Positions 7,953 to 17,999 of a DNA stretch of 64,000 nt are shown piece after piece. Where the stretch lies: positions 132,189-196,188 of the forward strand of contig JADKJE010000001.1 of assembly GCA_016722515.1 (NCBI GenBank), written 5' to 3'. This stretch comes from Alphaproteobacteria bacterium (GTDB taxonomy: Bacteria > Pseudomonadota > Alphaproteobacteria > Rickettsiales > JADKJE01). The position numbers and the translations under genes were made by a program. The notes below the pieces were generated by a model. The model worked only from the letters and a program-made list of their open reading frames with translations, was not told where the DNA came from and did not search any database. The first letter of the stretch is position 1, and the number at the start of each line of letters is the position of its first letter.

Positions 7953-10697
7953 CTGTACCAGACTGGAAGACTCATTTTGATTCTTTTTTTGACCTTTTAA
8001 ATCACAATCATTCTTGAACTGAATAAAATGTTGCTGTGTGGGTTTTGCATGGAGCTGTCTTAAATAAATCGCCCCCCTAGAATCAAGTAGCAATCGATTA
8101 TATTTTTGCATTTCACAATTAAATGCCTCATAAAGCGCCTCATAGGGTATATCGCTGAAATCATTTAATAGGTGTAACGCATGATTGCCTGATTCAAACA
8201 ATGTGTTATGGGCTATTTCCTTAGTCAATGCCCGATAGAAGCAAAACCGAACTTCGGGGTCATGTAACATGTTGCTTAAACATTCTCGGGAGAGATTTTC
8301 ATACATAACTGAGTTTAAGAATCGATCCTGTAGACATTTAACGAAGTGCTCATCAGAGCACAAAACAGAGTATAGTAATTGCCTGGCTTTTACCAATTCA
8401 GAACCATCTGCAATCATTGCGATTTCACTATATTCCTTAATACTTTTTCTGACCATTTTCCCCAATACCAGAGAGCTCATAAATGTTTTTAAATCATCAA
8501 CAAAAGATAGCTGACAGAGCATTTCAACCATAGGCTGGACAAGCTCAGAACAATATAAAAATTCATTATTGGCAGAGAACTTGGCTTTATCCAAAACCTT
8601 TAAAAATTGTCGATAATGAGCCGAAGCCTTGTTTGTTTTAATGTCATCATGAATCACTTGCAGGAGTAATGACAACGGAAGACCGCGCAAGCAAAGCCTT
8701 TCCAATCCAAGAAGGCCACAGGCTTGGTCATGTTCAATCAAAAATTGAGCAAAATCATAGAGTAATTGCCCCTGTTCTATCACGGATGACCACTTGTGCT
8801 TGCCTTGAGTATACGATACTAACCATCGCAACGAGGGGCACTCAGCCATCCAAGTAAAAGGGGTATTTAATTCAATATTAATAATCGCACTTGTATTATC
8901 CCTAGACGAATGATGCTGAGATGCGTTCCACTGCGGGTACGCACGCAACATAGAACCAACGAGCTGTAGAACCGTTATATCGCATTTAAGATTGGTCTTT
9001 GCCAACGCTTGGCCCAGTGTTGTAAGAGGGATACGGATGTTTAAATGCATCGTCCTGTAAATAGCATACAACAAGGAACGCGGCGCTAACATGGCATATT
9101 GTATATAAACATCAGCATGTTGCGCAGAATTCTGAAATGATGCAATAACCAGATGAGCCAATGCCTGTTCATATTGTTGTTGCTTTTCTTCATTCATAGG
9201 ACACATTGCTAGATGCTCGCAATGACTGTTAAACCAGTTTATTAACGCATCATCCGCAATGGGAGAATTATTTCTGGTTTCCATTTCCAAAACATTGATA
9301 ATAGCATCATGTGTGATGACTCCAGTTGCAAGCAACTTCCGTAAACTAACCAGATCCATTAGAAATCCTAAATTCTCATAAGACTGCACTAACAATGAAT
9401 TGATACGGGCATTTTCAACGTTAGTGAGTTCATTCTGTAATCGGTAGCGCATCATATAATCGATACATGACCTGATAATGGCAGATTGATTGAGCGGCTT
9501 TACTTGAAAGAGTGCATAGGAGTTATAATCAAATGGAGTATTGATACAATATGTTATCATATCTATAAAGAAAGAAGGACGCTCATGCTCTAAACATTTA
9601 TAAAAGCAAAGCGTATTATCCTCTGCCAATATATTTAACATGTGTTTTATACGCATAAATTTATAATTCAGTGGCCATGACGGGACACCGCCAACACTTT
9701 CTAAAGTCTGGTCAAGCGACCTTTGATTGGTAATCTGCGCTATAAACCAATGCGCTGCCGTAACATTTTGTATGATTAATTGGGGATGAAGCAATAAATA
9801 ATAAGGATCTGATGAATAGGTAATAAGCTTATCTGCCAGATCATATTTCTCCACATCCACCATGTCTAGAAGCGGCTTGCAAAGCATTTCTGGTGCTAGA
9901 GATCCAACAATGTTGTCCTTTTCTAAATATGTACATATTCCTTTCAGCATTTGAAATTTGCACAGTATAGACGATTGATTATCCGAAGCAATTTCATGAT
10001 AATAATTGAATAATATTTGAGGAACTGAATATTCTTTTCTATCAGAGATAATGAACCAATCAGGATGAATTTGTTTAGATTGCATCAATACGACCGCTTC
10101 ACACAAAGAGTGGTTAAATAATAGGGCTAATTCAAGGCTATCTACACACTTATACTTAAGTAATAAAAAATGCTTCTTTTGCATCTTAAATGATTTACCG
10201 AATTCTTTAACCATAGTCACATTGACATCTTCAATAAACACTTTGTGAACTTCGGAAGATAATTTACTCCAAAGAAAATCAAACTGTTTATGATTCAATT
10301 CCGCAAAATTAACTAATAATTCAAAATAAAGAATTGGAGATGCTAGCTCAGCAATTGCCAACTCGGCTAAGTCATTCAGATTTTCAGAAATGGCTAATCG
10401 AAATATAAACAAACGGCACTGAATGAACCTTTCCAATGATTCCTCCGATAGTACGTTCGCCGCTGAAATTGGCGAACAAACAAACCGATTCAGTAACCAT
10501 ATAAATTTATGATACTCTACCGAAAAGCGACTGTGAATGCTGTTTTGATTTTCGGCCGATAGATCTTCGCAACATTCTATAAATAAGCGATAAAAAGAGG
10601 ATGGAGGCATACAAGCCAGTATCAGATTTGCTAATTCAAACTGATAAGCATCAATACTAGCTACCATGGCTGGATACAATTCAATGTATCGATCCAC
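7899..10697 (-). CDS. large hypothetical protein (932 aa), predicted all-helical, Leu/Cys-rich, no recognisable domain
   Basis: 2.8-kb uninterrupted ORF in an AT-rich background. The 3' end overlaps the dxr 3' end by 54 nt (convergent). Basic/polar C-terminal tail. Confidence 0.6.
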   Translation of the reverse strand: MDRYIELYPAMVASIDAYQFELANLILACMPPSSFYRLFIECCEDLSAENQNSIHSRFSVEYHKFIWLLNRFVCSPISAANVLSEESLERFIQCRLFIFRLAISENLNDLAELAIAELASPILYFELLVNFAELNHKQFDFLWSKLSSEVHKVFIEDVNVTMVKEFGKSFKMQKKHFLLLKYKCVDSLELALLFNHSLCEAVVLMQSKQIHPDWFIISDRKEYSVPQILFNYYHEIASDNQSSILCKFQMLKGICTYLEKDNIVGSLAPEMLCKPLLDMVDVEKYDLADKLITYSSDPYYLLLHPQLIIQNVTAAHWFIAQITNQRSLDQTLESVGGVPSWPLNYKFMRIKHMLNILAEDNTLCFYKCLEHERPSFFIDMITYCINTPFDYNSYALFQVKPLNQSAIIRSCIDYMMRYRLQNELTNVENARINSLLVQSYENLGFLMDLVSLRKLLATGVITHDAIINVLEMETRNNSPIADDALINWFNSHCEHLAMCPMNEEKQQQYEQALAHLVIASFQNSAQHADVYIQYAMLAPRSLLYAIYRTMHLNIRIPLTTLGQALAKTNLKCDITVLQLVGSMLRAYPQWNASQHHSSRDNTSAIINIELNTPFTWMAECPSLRWLVSYTQGKHKWSSVIEQGQLLYDFAQFLIEHDQACGLLGLERLCLRGLPLSLLLQVIHDDIKTNKASAHYRQFLKVLDKAKFSANNEFLYCSELVQPMVEMLCQLSFVDDLKTFMSSLVLGKMVRKSIKEYSEIAMIADGSELVKARQLLYSVLCSDEHFVKCLQDRFLNSVMYENLSRECLSNMLHDPEVRFCFYRALTKEIAHNTLFESGNHALHLLNDFSDIPYEALYEAFNCEMQKYNRLLLDSRGAIYLRQLHAKPTQQHFIQFKNDCDLKGQKKNQNESSSLVQLVRKSTGMSNFKSRDVA

Positions 10698-10750
10698 CTG
10701 TTGATGGTCATCATTGAGCTCATTCTTAAAATGAAGAAATAATTCCTTGG

Positions 10751-12481
10751 CTAGCTGCCCTCCCCCCTTGCTAGGGCAATTTTCATTCCTTCACTTATAT
10801 CTCTACTCCTGATAGGCGAATGATTATCTGCTAGTAGCGCCTTGACCTCCGCACGATTCCCCCATCGACACCATTGCCAGAAAATAAGCTTATAATTTTC
10901 GGTATAAAAAATCATATCTGAAGAGGGTACTTTCGCTTTCAATTGCACATAAAGAGATTCTCTTCTTTCTGTAGCTGCCCATCTTAGACATAGATTCATA
11001 TGTTCCAGCGCACCAGCCCCATGTTGAATTAACATAGCAATGGCAAGTAGTTGCTCATCTGTAATACGCTCTTTTTCCTCCAGCCTGCCGCAACCAAGCT
11101 TGAATGCCTCCACTAAAATATCACTTTCATCCCAACCAAGCTGTCGAATTCCGATGTTGATTTTCTGTGACTGCATAAGCTCCACTAAAGTCGTAATCAC
11201 CTCACTTCTTTGGTGTTCAACGGCCATTAATAAACAATGTGGATAATAGAGATAGCCATGTTCAAAGTACGAAAATAGAAACCGTATAATGCTGTTACGG
11301 TTATAACGCAGAGCGGCTTCTAATGCATCTAAAACACCCGGCTTAAGAACAAGTTTATCTTGCCTATCTTTCGCATGCCTTTGTACAACGTCTGCTTTTA
11401 ATAAGCGGGCTATAGGCTCCTCATATCCAAGCCCCATACAAACCGTTAGTATGCGTAGATAATGTTCCTCGGTCTGGCATCCTGGGAGCATCGCCATCAT
11501 GCTATTAAACAAAAGTCCGTCTGCTTGTTCACATTGAATCGAACGATCTCTATCTGATTGTAACATCACCTGTTCAAGATAAGAGCCCAGTAAAAGCGGA
11601 TCATCCTCAAGGCACTGAACGATAAACTGCGATGACTGTCCTAATGTTCCAAACAACTCAACATGGTCTAGGCATAGCGTAAACAAATTAATTAATGAAT
11701 CATTTAATACTAATTTAAAATAATGATCTCTATCAATAAACTCTAACACTTTCTTTTGATTGGGCAACACAATGCCTATCAGGAGAAAAGCTTCAACCAC
11801 ATGGCCTAGAGTCATTAAATTATTTAACTCTGTTTCATAGAATTCTGCTTTCTTGAGAAACCGTTCTTCATACTCATCACGCTCAGACGATTTTAGGTTG
11901 GTAATCCGTTCCTTTTCCATCCAAACGTCAGCCAATGTACATGGCAAAATTAACCACGCATTGGCTTGCATCACATTATTGGCAATAATGCTGTGATTAT
12001 GGATCGTATCAATAGCTAGTATAGACGACTGACTTAAAGGCGCCCCAAGCAGTTCCTGGGAAAACTCGTCTAGACAATCCAATACTGCTTTTCGATAGGC
12101 CTCACCCGTAACCATCAAATCAATTTGAACATGAGGGTTATTTTTATAAACAGCTCCCCTTAAAAGATATTCTTGAGATTCTGGACCAAACCACATTAAG
12201 TCGCATAATTGTCTGATAGAACTCAAATCATCCATGACAATAGTATTTTTATTATGGAGGTTTAGTCCTCTGAAATACCAATACTTAAAATCGTGAACAG
12301 TAGCCGACCTCAAAAAACAAAGCCATGCTTCAAGTTGACGGTGGTTACCGCCAGATAATTGCTTTATAAAATCCTCTTGAACCTGGAGATTATAAAGAAT
12401 CATACTCCGGTCAATTGGCTTAATGTCATCTATTATTTGCTTCATAGCGGTATGAATACAATAGAGATACCAACCATTCAA
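10751..12481 (-). CDS. large hypothetical protein (576 aa), weak ankyrin-like helical repeats near the C-terminus
   Basis: Uninterrupted ORF, co-oriented with and 53 nt upstream of the 932-aa ORF. The track start is TTG; an alternative ATG lies at 12445 (MKQIIDD...). C-terminal segments such as LDALEAALRYNRNSIIRFL and LLMAVEHQRSEVITTLVEL resemble ANK helices only loosely. Confidence 0.55.
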   Translation of the reverse strand: MNGWYLYCIHTAMKQIIDDIKPIDRSMILYNLQVQEDFIKQLSGGNHRQLEAWLCFLRSATVHDFKYWYFRGLNLHNKNTIVMDDLSSIRQLCDLMWFGPESQEYLLRGAVYKNNPHVQIDLMVTGEAYRKAVLDCLDEFSQELLGAPLSQSSILAIDTIHNHSIIANNVMQANAWLILPCTLADVWMEKERITNLKSSERDEYEERFLKKAEFYETELNNLMTLGHVVEAFLLIGIVLPNQKKVLEFIDRDHYFKLVLNDSLINLFTLCLDHVELFGTLGQSSQFIVQCLEDDPLLLGSYLEQVMLQSDRDRSIQCEQADGLLFNSMMAMLPGCQTEEHYLRILTVCMGLGYEEPIARLLKADVVQRHAKDRQDKLVLKPGVLDALEAALRYNRNSIIRFLFSYFEHGYLYYPHCLLMAVEHQRSEVITTLVELMQSQKINIGIRQLGWDESDILVEAFKLGCGRLEEKERITDEQLLAIAMLIQHGAGALEHMNLCLRWAATERRESLYVQLKAKVPSSDMIFYTENYKLIFWQWCRWGNRAEVKALLADNHSPIRSRDISEGMKIALARGEGS

Positions 12482-12531
12482 CTGAATTTTATATTAAATT
12501 AAGTGAATTAATTAAAAAATATTCACCATTT

Positions 12532-13296
12532 TCATTTATAACCAATAGCAATAAAAAATGGATTTAATAATTGTAAACCACTATACGTAAGTGGATAATG
12601 TGTTTGGGCATGAAACACTTGTCCACCGGCCGCCATCAACACGGCATGGCCTGCTGCAGTGTCCCAAATACACGTTGGGCCGAAACGAGGATACACATCG
12701 GCTTTCCCCTCGGCAATCATGCAAAATTTTACTGAACTCGCCACAGAAACTTTATCTGCTACCTTAGGAAGTGTTTCAATATAAGCCATGGTTTGTTCAT
12801 CTGCGTGAGAGCGGCTGGCAACCACAGTTACACCTTCTGCCGGCACATCCCTGGTTTTAATTTTATGGGCACTACCACTACCTTCTTTGCGATAAGCCAC
12901 ACCGTCTTCGCCGACATAATAGGATATCTTCATGGCAGGCACCACAACGGCTCCACCGATCGGTGTACCATTTTCTATGAGAGCAATATTAACAGTAAAA
13001 TCACCTTTTTTTAGGATAAAACTTTTGGTCCCATCCAACGGATCCACACACCAAAATAACGGATAATCTATGCGAAGAGGATCACATTCCTTTTCCTCAG
13101 ATATCACCGGAATATCAGGTGTAAGTGCTTGGAGTTTCTCCAGAATATAGTGATTAGCGGCAATATCAGCTGCCGTCACGGGTGAATCATCTTCTTTACG
13201 CATGACATCAATCACGTCTTGATAATAGGGCATGATGATCTCACCTGCATCTTCAGCAATCGATAAAATCTTTAGAGCATAGGGTGAATAAAGCAT
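12532..13296 (-). CDS. cysQ: 3'(2'),5'-bisphosphate nucleotidase (inositol monophosphatase family)
   Basis: Motifs SPVTAADIAAN, WCVDPLDGTKSF, VVASRSH, SSVKFCMIAEGKADVYPRFGPTCIWDTAAGHAV. Confidence 0.85.
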   Translation of the reverse strand: MLYSPYALKILSIAEDAGEIIMPYYQDVIDVMRKEDDSPVTAADIAANHYILEKLQALTPDIPVISEEKECDPLRIDYPLFWCVDPLDGTKSFILKKGDFTVNIALIENGTPIGGAVVVPAMKISYYVGEDGVAYRKEGSGSAHKIKTRDVPAEGVTVVASRSHADEQTMAYIETLPKVADKVSVASSVKFCMIAEGKADVYPRFGPTCIWDTAAGHAVLMAAGGQVFHAQTHYPLTYSGLQLLNPFFIAIGYK

Positions 13297-13320
13297 AATG
13301 AGTCATCTTTTTAAAAAATG

Positions 13321-16300
13321 TTATTGAACGATATCAAACAATCCACGTAAAAAACCAGGCGTGAGAATCGATAAAGGATTAACCGAAACTTTAGCATCGT
13401 CTCCAGCGCCCTTCAGCGTATAGCGTGCCGCAAAAAGTCCTTCTCCCTTGCCACCGACTAACAATTCACCAAAAATAGGGATATTCCCAAAAATGGAATT
13501 CACTGCATACGCTGGAACTAAATTGCCGTTTATGGCTAAATAATCGGTTCGCGTATCGATCGTACCATCCATGGTAATCCCAAGGGCTGAACCCGCCGCT
13601 TTAGCATTCGTAATGGTGAGGATGTCCCCATTTAAAATAAATGGCAGGGTTAATTTTTTAAATGACACACCATTACCTTTGAGCGCATCGGCAATGCCCG
13701 TATACGAACTCAGGGTTAAAATTTTGGCTAAAATAGGAGCACGCAAGATTTGGAAATCTGTAATCGTCAAATTTCCCTGTGCCGTTGCAAGGGCCGGCTG
13801 GCGCTTCATATCCAGATCCATCTTACCAAAAAAGAGGTTTTTATAAATATCAAGGCCCCGGAGTAAGCTACCCGCATCATCGGTCTGAATATTGATTTTT
13901 GCGTTATTATCCACTTGGCGATAATCAATAGAAAGTGGCTTCTCTCCAAAGAAAGCACCTTTTGCCATAATGGAGTTGCAGCGAATCTGGTCACAGGTGC
14001 TAACCACTTCCAAATCTTGAATTGCAACATTATTTTTCATCTGTAAGCGCTTGGTTTTTAAACTAAAAGATAACATGGGGTAGTCGCTGCGCTTATTGGA
14101 TTGTTTTTTAGAAACCAAATCGCGAATATTGACTTTACTCATATCAATTACACTGGCATTGGCTACTACAGAAAACCCATTATCATAGAATTCCAAACTT
14201 GCGTTGCCGCGTTGTTTATCCGCTGTGATCTCATCAAAAATTAAATTCTTCAAACGATTATGTACCGGGTCCATAATCCCGCGGCCCGATGCCTTAATAC
14301 GTCCCAAATTTACTTTAATCGTATTAATCGCAAAAGGGTTTGTCCCTTGTTTGGTTGCCAACATTTCAAGCGTTGCTGCCTCACCTGCGTTCTTATGGTA
14401 ATTGATGGATGGCAAATCAATAATGGTTGGCTGCAAATTGGCGCGTGCATCAATATCAACATTATCACCTCGCATCGTATAAGCAATAGCCACTGGCGTA
14501 CTTTCAGAAAGGAATGATGGTGCCGTAAAGCCAAATGCATTCACATCACTAGGATAAAGGTTCGTTTTGAATAAAAAACGCGCGTCATACGGCACATTTT
14601 TGCCAAAGAAATGCTGCATATTCACGTCAACATCCAAGTGGTTAACATCGATATTTCCTTTGATCTTGATACCATCTTTATCAAGATTCATCAGCAGCTT
14701 TCCTTCGCTTAAATTCAACTTGTCAAAAACATTCGATGCCCCAACCCCATTGATCTGTGATGTTACCTGATAGGTCGTAGCCGTGGCAATATCAGGAGCT
14801 GTGGTGGGTATAAGGACATTAAATTCACTAACAGCCTGCCCCACTAATTTATTTTTCTTAAACAGGCTTCTAACCATTGAATTTTCAGAGACACTGCTTG
14901 GAATAAAAATCTGAGCATCGGTCATTGGACCTTTGCATTTACCGTGGATCACCACATCTGTTTTATCCTTATCAAAATAAGGAATTTTAATCTCCGCATT
15001 TTCTAGCTCTGTTTTACCTAATGTTCCCTGCGATACTTTTATATCCAGCCCATTATCAACAAATCTCAAAATGCCAGAAACATGACTGACAGGTGGAACA
15101 TTATCCATAAAGGATACCTGGCTTCCATCGATATAAAGCGCTGCATTGAAGAAATTATCAGGCAGTTTATTTCCTTCTTTAAAATAGGATTTTTTTAACG
15201 TGATTTGAGCTGCAGCTTTTGTGATATGTCCTTGTTTAACGTTATGAGTGACCCATTCCCTGGCGTGGGGAACAACATTAACTGGCCAGTAATTTCCTAA
15301 ATCATTAACAGGAAATCCTTGTAATGCGGTATTGATGACATACGTAGAGTCATCCGCAATAATCCCATCCCATTTACCTGATACATACACCAATTGTGAA
15401 CCAATCATAAGATACATTTCTTTGAGATTAAGCGTATTAAGATCTTTACTAAATTCAGCTTTACCTCGCATATTTGAAATGGCCATAGGTGTTTCGAAAT
15501 AAGCTGGATCTTTAATTTTACCCTTCCCGTTTGTTATCGCTACCGTAGCGCTTTTAATCACACTGTTGACATCCGCCTGAATTTCTATTTTACCATCAAT
15601 ATCAAAATCCGCCTGTTGCAACATGGTAGGCCTGGGAATGAAATGATCTAATGAAACCAATGATAAATGATCAAAATCAACCATTAACGAAATCCCTTCA
15701 TTTCGGGGAAGTGTGGCTTCCATATGAAATTCATCTTGATGTTTCTTACTACCTATTGAGGCCTGGCATAACACCACGGGATCTTTTTGTGATAAATCCA
15801 GCTTACCCACAAATTTGGTAATGGTAAGTGGCAAGAACCTATCCTTTAAAGGGATCTGCAACCTTGCATCATACGCTTCCAACGTAATATCCTTGGCACC
15901 TTCAAGATCAATAGAATTAATAAGCTTGGCCGCTTTACCCAATCCAATGGCAATATCCTCCATGATGAACGGCATGGGTGGTCCGACAAAATTTTCCTGA
16001 AACATGTGCACATCAGGACTATTGAAGACGATAGCCGATGGCCTCCATCTTCCTGTTAAGAGATGGAATAGTTTAAAATGCAGTGAGATATCAGGAAACG
16101 TTGCAATATTTTGATCCTCACCAATACGTTTAAACGTCACATATTTGGCATCAATTTTAATTGGTTCAGAAAAAGACTCCCAGCCCATATATGTCTGCCG
16201 GATGCTGAAATGATAATTCTTTTCAAATTTGTTTAACACGTTTTCACTGTAATTGGCAAGGTAGGGCACCATGTGCGGCCCCGTCACCAGCCAGATGACA

Positions 16301-16398
16301 ACACCAAGCAATGATGACATAAATAACACGGATAAAAAGGCTGTCACATAGAGCAGCCATCGATGAACTCGCATAATGTGCGGGATCAGAAAACGCAT
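13321..16398 (-). CDS. AsmA/YhdP-like large envelope protein (N-terminal anchor, AsmA-like C-terminal region)
   Basis: 1025 aa with an N-terminal TM helix and a long beta-rich body. The C-terminus ...AINGNLVPAYAVNSIFGNIPIFGELLVGGKGEGLFAARYTLKGAGDDAKVSVNPLSILTPGFLRGLF is typical of the YhdP/AsmA C-terminal region. Confidence 0.75.
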   Translation of the reverse strand: MRFLIPHIMRVHRWLLYVTAFLSVLFMSSLLGVVIWLVTGPHMVPYLANYSENVLNKFEKNYHFSIRQTYMGWESFSEPIKIDAKYVTFKRIGEDQNIATFPDISLHFKLFHLLTGRWRPSAIVFNSPDVHMFQENFVGPPMPFIMEDIAIGLGKAAKLINSIDLEGAKDITLEAYDARLQIPLKDRFLPLTITKFVGKLDLSQKDPVVLCQASIGSKKHQDEFHMEATLPRNEGISLMVDFDHLSLVSLDHFIPRPTMLQQADFDIDGKIEIQADVNSVIKSATVAITNGKGKIKDPAYFETPMAISNMRGKAEFSKDLNTLNLKEMYLMIGSQLVYVSGKWDGIIADDSTYVINTALQGFPVNDLGNYWPVNVVPHAREWVTHNVKQGHITKAAAQITLKKSYFKEGNKLPDNFFNAALYIDGSQVSFMDNVPPVSHVSGILRFVDNGLDIKVSQGTLGKTELENAEIKIPYFDKDKTDVVIHGKCKGPMTDAQIFIPSSVSENSMVRSLFKKNKLVGQAVSEFNVLIPTTAPDIATATTYQVTSQINGVGASNVFDKLNLSEGKLLMNLDKDGIKIKGNIDVNHLDVDVNMQHFFGKNVPYDARFLFKTNLYPSDVNAFGFTAPSFLSESTPVAIAYTMRGDNVDIDARANLQPTIIDLPSINYHKNAGEAATLEMLATKQGTNPFAINTIKVNLGRIKASGRGIMDPVHNRLKNLIFDEITADKQRGNASLEFYDNGFSVVANASVIDMSKVNIRDLVSKKQSNKRSDYPMLSFSLKTKRLQMKNNVAIQDLEVVSTCDQIRCNSIMAKGAFFGEKPLSIDYRQVDNNAKINIQTDDAGSLLRGLDIYKNLFFGKMDLDMKRQPALATAQGNLTITDFQILRAPILAKILTLSSYTGIADALKGNGVSFKKLTLPFILNGDILTITNAKAAGSALGITMDGTIDTRTDYLAINGNLVPAYAVNSIFGNIPIFGELLVGGKGEGLFAARYTLKGAGDDAKVSVNPLSILTPGFLRGLFDIVQ

Positions 16399-16531
16399 AG
16401 ATTACTTTTATCCCCTCGTGTGATTCAACTAGTTCTTGCAACACCGTATATTCAATCATAGAATACCTTCACGTTCACGTCATTAGTAAAATGGTGGGTT
16501 GCAAAAAATTCATATTAAAAAAGGATCGGTT

Positions 16532-16996
16532 ATGCCAGCATTAAATGTGGGAGACAAAGCTCCACTTTTTGATCTTCCAACTTCTGGTGGAAAGCGAATA
16601 TCGCTCGTTGATCTTGTAGGAAAACATGTCATACTTTATTTCTACCCTAAAGATGACACCCCTGGCTGTACGCAGGAAGCCAAAGATTTCAGAGATCATA
16701 TCGATGCTTTTGACAATGCCGGTGCAATTATACTTGGCGTGTCCAAGGATCCCGTTAAATCCCATGATAAATTTAGTGAAAAATATTGCCTGCCTTTCCC
16801 ACTTCTTGCCGATGTGGATGGTACCCTTTGCGATGCTTACGGCGTGTGGGTTGAAAAAAGCATGTATGGAAAAAAATACATGGGAATTCAACGGGCTACG
16901 TTTCTTATCGATCAACGTGGAAACATACAAGAAATTTGGCCTAAAGTCAGCGTCACTGGACATGTAGAAGCAGTCCTTAAAGCAGTTCAACAATAA
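16532..16996 (+). CDS. bcp: thioredoxin-dependent peroxiredoxin Bcp
   Basis: AAGGA upstream of the ATG at 16532. Motif YFYPKDDTPGCTQEA (peroxidatic Cys). Confidence 0.9.
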   Translation: MPALNVGDKAPLFDLPTSGGKRISLVDLVGKHVILYFYPKDDTPGCTQEAKDFRDHIDAFDNAGAIILGVSKDPVKSHDKFSEKYCLPFPLLADVDGTLCDAYGVWVEKSMYGKKYMGIQRATFLIDQRGNIQEIWPKVSVTGHVEAVLKAVQQ

Positions 16997-17005
16997 GGCT
17001 CACCT

Positions 17006-17632
17006 ATGTCAGAAATAAAAGACAGGATTCTTTCTAAAATGCTAGCGTTGGCCCCAACAGAAGGATGGAACAACCATACGTTGGAAATGGCGGCCCAGCA
17101 ATTAGGTATGGATCCTAAATTTGCGTTTGTTGGATTTCCAGAAGGCGCAACGGAAGCCATGGTTTATTATATGCGCCAACTTGATACCAACATGATTCAG
17201 GCCTTTAATAAAACCAATGCTGCCGACAAACGTGTCCGCCAGAAAGCCATCGAGCTTATTTCTATTCGTCTTGACCTTTTAAATAAGCACAAAGATGCCG
17301 TTAAAGCCATCCTTCAATTTACTATTGTTCCCTCACATTCTATCACCAGTGCCGAATCGCTCGCCACGACCTGCGACGTCATGTGGAAAGCAATCGGTGA
17401 TACCTCAACCGATTTTAATTATTACACCAAGCGCTTTCTCCTGGGAACAGTCTACAGCTCTACGCTTATGTATTGGATCAAAGACGAATCCCCAGAATAT
17501 GCAGAAACTCGGCGCTTCCTGGAAAACAGGATTGAAGAATTATTTTCCGTTGTTCGTAAGAAAAAAAGCCTAATCGAAGGGACATCCTCTTTTATCAACA
17601 AAGCGTTTGAGAAATTTAACAAACGTAAATAA
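17006..17632 (+). CDS. COQ9-family protein (rpsU-divergently-transcribed-type)
   Basis: 208 aa. The N-terminal TetR-like helix region RILSKMLALAPTEGWNNHTLEMAAQQLGMDP and the overall length match my recollection of the alphaproteobacterial COQ9-domain family. Not verified by search. Confidence 0.6.
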   Translation: MSEIKDRILSKMLALAPTEGWNNHTLEMAAQQLGMDPKFAFVGFPEGATEAMVYYMRQLDTNMIQAFNKTNAADKRVRQKAIELISIRLDLLNKHKDAVKAILQFTIVPSHSITSAESLATTCDVMWKAIGDTSTDFNYYTKRFLLGTVYSSTLMYWIKDESPEYAETRRFLENRIEELFSVVRKKKSLIEGTSSFINKAFEKFNKRK

Positions 17633-17906
17633 ACAAGCCTAAAAGGTGGGGATCTTCCCATCATACTCAACATCTTTTTGATTATCTGTTTTGATAACAA
17701 ACATCATAGGGTGTTGCGCATCATTTTCACCGGATGATTGACGTTTAAGGCTTCGGCTAACTTAGATAATTGATTTATAAGTAATTTAATATCATCGCTG
17801 ACTGACATTCTGTTTTGTACTTCCTCGTTACCAAAAAGTGATTCTTCTGTCTGAGATAAATCTACCTATTCACATGGCCACTTTATTTCAGAACAAGCCG
17901 CTGATA

Positions 17907-17960
17907 GGCTTATTATCCTAAAAAGTGCAGTTAAAACTATCACCCCAGCCATACGCCACC
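17907..17960 (+). repeat. dispersed intergenic repeat, copy A (core CCTAAAAAGTGCAGTTAAAA at 17917-17936)
   Basis: A 28-nt core is 25/28 identical to the reverse complement of 40693-40720. The first 20 nt resemble 56497-56516. Confidence 0.5.
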
Positions 17961-17999
17961 TCAGCTCAGCGTCGAAACCAAAAGGGATAACAACAATTT

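Noticed and set aside
16541-16993. 150-aa ORF antisense to bcp (also 16626-16967 in another frame)
   Set aside because: It is fully contained in the strongly supported peroxiredoxin gene and has no motifs.
17704-17808. 34-codon minus-strand ORF in the 17.6-18.0 kb spacer as a real small protein gene
   Set aside because: There is no conservation evidence and only a weak purine-rich stretch upstream. It is kept only as a note inside a finding.
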